In this document: positions 61,454 to 64,000 of the stretch, in pieces
How positions within the stretch are numbered: the stretch's first letter is position 1
Layout of the letters: each line of letters begins with the position of its first letter
Assembly: GCA_963714015.1 (NCBI GenBank)
Contig: OY970223.1
Span: 3,392,001-3,456,000, forward strand
Reading direction: 5' to 3'
Origin: Vulcanimicrobiota bacterium
GTDB lineage: Bacteria; Vulcanimicrobiota; Vulcanimicrobiia; Vulcanimicrobiales; Vulcanimicrobiaceae
DNA: 64,000 bases
Program-made: the position numbers and the translations under genes
Notes under the pieces: generated by a model
Database searches by the model: none
What the model was told of the DNA's origin: nothing
The model's input: the letters and a program-made list of their open reading frames with translations, nothing else

Positions 61454-64000
61454 CTAGTTTTCGATCCAGGTGTAGGTCACAATCGACGTCTCGGGTGTAA
61501 CCGGTTCCGCTCCGACGCTGATCTTGCAGCTCTGGACGATATCGAACGGATTGCGCGTCGGATTGACGGTAGTGGGCGCGTGCGATAGCAGGATGCCGTT
61601 TCCGCTCGTCGGGATCACGGTGAACGAAGTCGTATCCCAGCCCAGGCCCATGGCCTGCGAAGAGTTGGCGGAGTCCACTTCGGTCAGCATCTCGTTCGTC
61701 GGGCTTCCGGTGCTGTTCACCGGGTTGTTGTCCGTCGAAACGTACAGGCCCCATCCGGCGGGGTTGCCGACGTCCGTGTAGACGCTTACCGTTGCGATAT
61801 CGCTGCCGGTTACTGATTGATTGTTGGCGACGCCGCCCATATTGATACTCGAGGCGGCGAAGGCACAGCCCGGACAATTGGGCGAGGGATGCGACGGATT
61901 CGCACCGGGTCCCGTGCCGGGATCGACGACGATGACCAAACTCGCGTTCGGAACAACCTCGACGTCCGTATCGTTGGGCCAAGCCGAGGCGGCGCTCACG
62001 CCGTTCGTCGTGCCGCCCGCCGCCAGGACGCTGAACGTCGCCGGGAAGTTGAAGATGTCGTTCACTTTGTACGGTGCTTGCGCGTTGAACGTGATCGTCA
62101 TCGAATCGCCCGGAGCAATATAGCAGCCGGCGCCGCCCGTAACGGTAATGTTTCCGTTCGACGTGGGTGCGCCCAGCGGCACGGGATTGGTGACGGTTGC
62201 AGTGCACGCCTTGCCGCCGGCTTGGCTGCCGTTGATCGTAACGGTTGCCGTCGGTGCTGCCTTCGGCGTAATTTGCCAATCGATACCCGTCGTGTCCGTA
62301 CCGGTGACGCCGTTGATGTCCTGGTACGGAATCGTCACTTGGACCTTCGTGAGGCTGTTGCACGGGATGCCGCCCGCGCAGTTGCCCGCGCTTGCACCGG
62401 TGTTCGTAATCGTGTACTGAAACGTGTTGCCGTACGTCGTGTCACTGTCCGCGCCGACCGTCGGTATGTTCGGCGCCGTCACCGGGACTATCGAGCCGCT
62501 ATAGGGATAGACTGCAGAGAATCCCGCCGTTGCACCGGTGGCGCTGATGCTCAGGGTGATCGTCTTGCCGTTGCCGTTCCAGCCGTCGCCGTTCGCGCCG
62601 TGCGTCCAGATGGTGCCGGTAATCGGACCCGCAACTCCGTTCGGAACGTTCAGAGCGCCCGTTGCATTGAACGTCTCACTGGGCTGCAGCGCGTGCGCCT
62701 GCTCGGTCGCCGTTGCGCACGCCGTCATATTGTTGCCGGTCGGCGGGTTCCAGGTTCCCGTGTTGCCGGGTTTCTGCGCCGCGCACAATCCGAACCAGTA
62801 ACGCGTGGTTCCCGCAACCGGCGTCGTCGATCCGAGATAGCTCCATCCGGCGGACGGCGCGCTGACTGCCGGATTGCTCCATGCCTCGTTGCTGGGAATA
62901 TCGACCGCGATGGCGTCGATCTCGTCCGGGAACGTTCCGCTGGTTGACGCATTAGAAAGCGCCACGGTTACGTTGTTGTCGGACGGCGAGCCCACCGAAT
63001 TCGGTGCGAACGATCCGGTCATCAGCGAGTTGTCGAGCGAATAAGAACCGATCGCCGTGCTGTCGATCGATTGCGGATTCGTCTGTCCGACGAACACGGT
63101 ATTGGTTCCGTCCGGAGCAATCGTGAAGATGTTGTTCGCTCCGCCGGTCTGCACCGTCTCGAGCGTAAAGTCCACGTAGGCGAAGGCCGACTCCGCACCC
63201 GGATTGAGGTCGAAGTACAGGTCCTGCGATGCGCCGGGTGCGATTCCGGCGTTACCGTTCCCCACTTGGAAGCAGTTCACGTCCGCCGGCAGACCGTTGG
63301 GACAATTGACGATGTTCCACTTCGTCGGCGAATTACCGTCGATGTTGATGGTCACGTTGCCGCCCGACATCGGCGGCGGTTCGCCCAGCTCGAATTCGGT
63401 GATATTCGCCGAACCGGCGGTGGACGTGTTCTTGATGTGGATATCCCAAACGTCGCTTCCGGCTGATGCCGAACCCTGCGGCTCGTTCTGCGCGTACATG
63501 CCCTGCATCGTACCTGCTACGACGCTGCGCGGCGTAAAGCCGTGAATGTCCGGACCCAGCGTGAGTCCGCCGTTTTGGTTGCCGACGAAGTAGACGTGTC
63601 CGGTCCCGGACCACGTGGTCGCGTTGCCGAAGTTGACGCTGACGTAATTCGTCGCCTGTGTCTGATTGGCGGCCGACCAGTCGGCGCCGTCGACGGGTAG
63701 CACCGTCGTCGTTCCATTACAGCCCGTCTTACAGTTGGTGTCGGCGACCGGAACGCTCCATGTGATGTTGGGGATCGTGACGTACGTGTTGTTCGGCGCC
63801 AAGCTGTTGCCGGCAGTGGTCGGAAGGCCCAGCACGTTGCAGCCGGCCGCGTTGCCGGCTCCCGCGCACTTTACCGTAAACGTCCAAGAGACGCCGCTCG
63901 AATCGACGACCGTCTGCGTTTGGCAGTTTGCTCCGCACGAAGAGCTGCCCGCGCCAAGCGCCATCGTGACGCCGGACGTGCCGGTGTTGAAGTCGATCTC
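61454..64000 (-). CDS. Large secreted or surface beta-sandwich repeat protein (N-terminus outside the window)
   Basis: Frame open to the window edge; T/G/N/S-rich Ig-like repeats with paired Cys; C-terminal GWGLYVS...VTYTW. Confidence 0.8.
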   Translation of the reverse strand, partial: EIDFNTGTSGVTMALGAGSSSCGANCQTQTVVDSSGVSWTFTVKCAGAGNAAGCNVLGLPTTAGNSLAPNNTYVTIPNITWSVPVADTNCKTGCNGTTTVLPVDGADWSAANQTQATNYVSVNFGNATTWSGTGHVYFVGNQNGGLTLGPDIHGFTPRSVVAGTMQGMYAQNEPQGSASAGSDVWDIHIKNTSTAGSANITEFELGEPPPMSGGNVTINIDGNSPTKWNIVNCPNGLPADVNCFQVGNGNAGIAPGASQDLYFDLNPGAESAFAYVDFTLETVQTGGANNIFTIAPDGTNTVFVGQTNPQSIDSTAIGSYSLDNSLMTGSFAPNSVGSPSDNNVTVALSNASTSGTFPDEIDAIAVDIPSNEAWSNPAVSAPSAGWSYLGSTTPVAGTTRYWFGLCAAQKPGNTGTWNPPTGNNMTACATATEQAHALQPSETFNATGALNVPNGVAGPITGTIWTHGANGDGWNGNGKTITLSISATGATAGFSAVYPYSGSIVPVTAPNIPTVGADSDTTYGNTFQYTITNTGASAGNCAGGIPCNSLTKVQVTIPYQDINGVTGTDTTGIDWQITPKAAPTATVTINGSQAGGKACTATVTNPVPLGAPTSNGNITVTGGAGCYIAPGDSMTITFNAQAPYKVNDIFNFPATFSVLAAGGTTNGVSAASAWPNDTDVEVVPNASLVIVVDPGTGPGANPSHPSPNCPGCAFAASSINMGGVANNQSVTGSDIATVSVYTDVGNPAGWGLYVSTDNNPVNSTGSPTNEMLTEVDSANSSQAMGLGWDTTSFTVIPTSGNGILLSHAPTTVNPTRNPFDIVQSCKISVGAEPVTPETSIVTYTWIEN

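Overview
GC-rich bacterial chromosomal window. The tilS-hpt-ftsH and yabE-rsmA synteny, the Gram-positive-type LexA box and the protein style point to a Terrabacteria lineage, possibly Ca. Eremiobacterota (inference only). 1-26.5 kb is mostly housekeeping: aroF, rluB, rho, mpg, GT4 glycosyltransferases, yabE-like, rsmA, an M16 pair, ftsH, hpt, tilS, smpB, moeA, serS, a CRP regulator and pepN. 26.5-34 kb holds two tandem cassettes, each a DUF4382-like lipoprotein plus a TPR-like/LuxR-HTH regulator. The cassettes share promoter, leader and peptide motifs, and one runs into a PAS-GGDEF-EAL gene. 34.2-42.7 kb is a decayed island at tRNA-Ser(TGA): a 5'-half att duplication, IS21, two integrase remnants, a relaxase remnant and mobile mystery A/B. 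After that come a GH26 array, a PHA cluster with an Rv0474/MLDSR-like regulator and operators, an OPT transporter, a kynA-kynU-MATE cluster and part of a large secreted protein. About nine small indels, one of them in essential tilS, suggest an incompletely polished assembly. Best novelty candidates: the lipoprotein-peptide/TPR-LuxR cassettes, a structured ncRNA with CsrA-type loops after serS, a LexA-controlled RNase H-like gene, non-canonical ATA/CTG starts and the PHA regulon.
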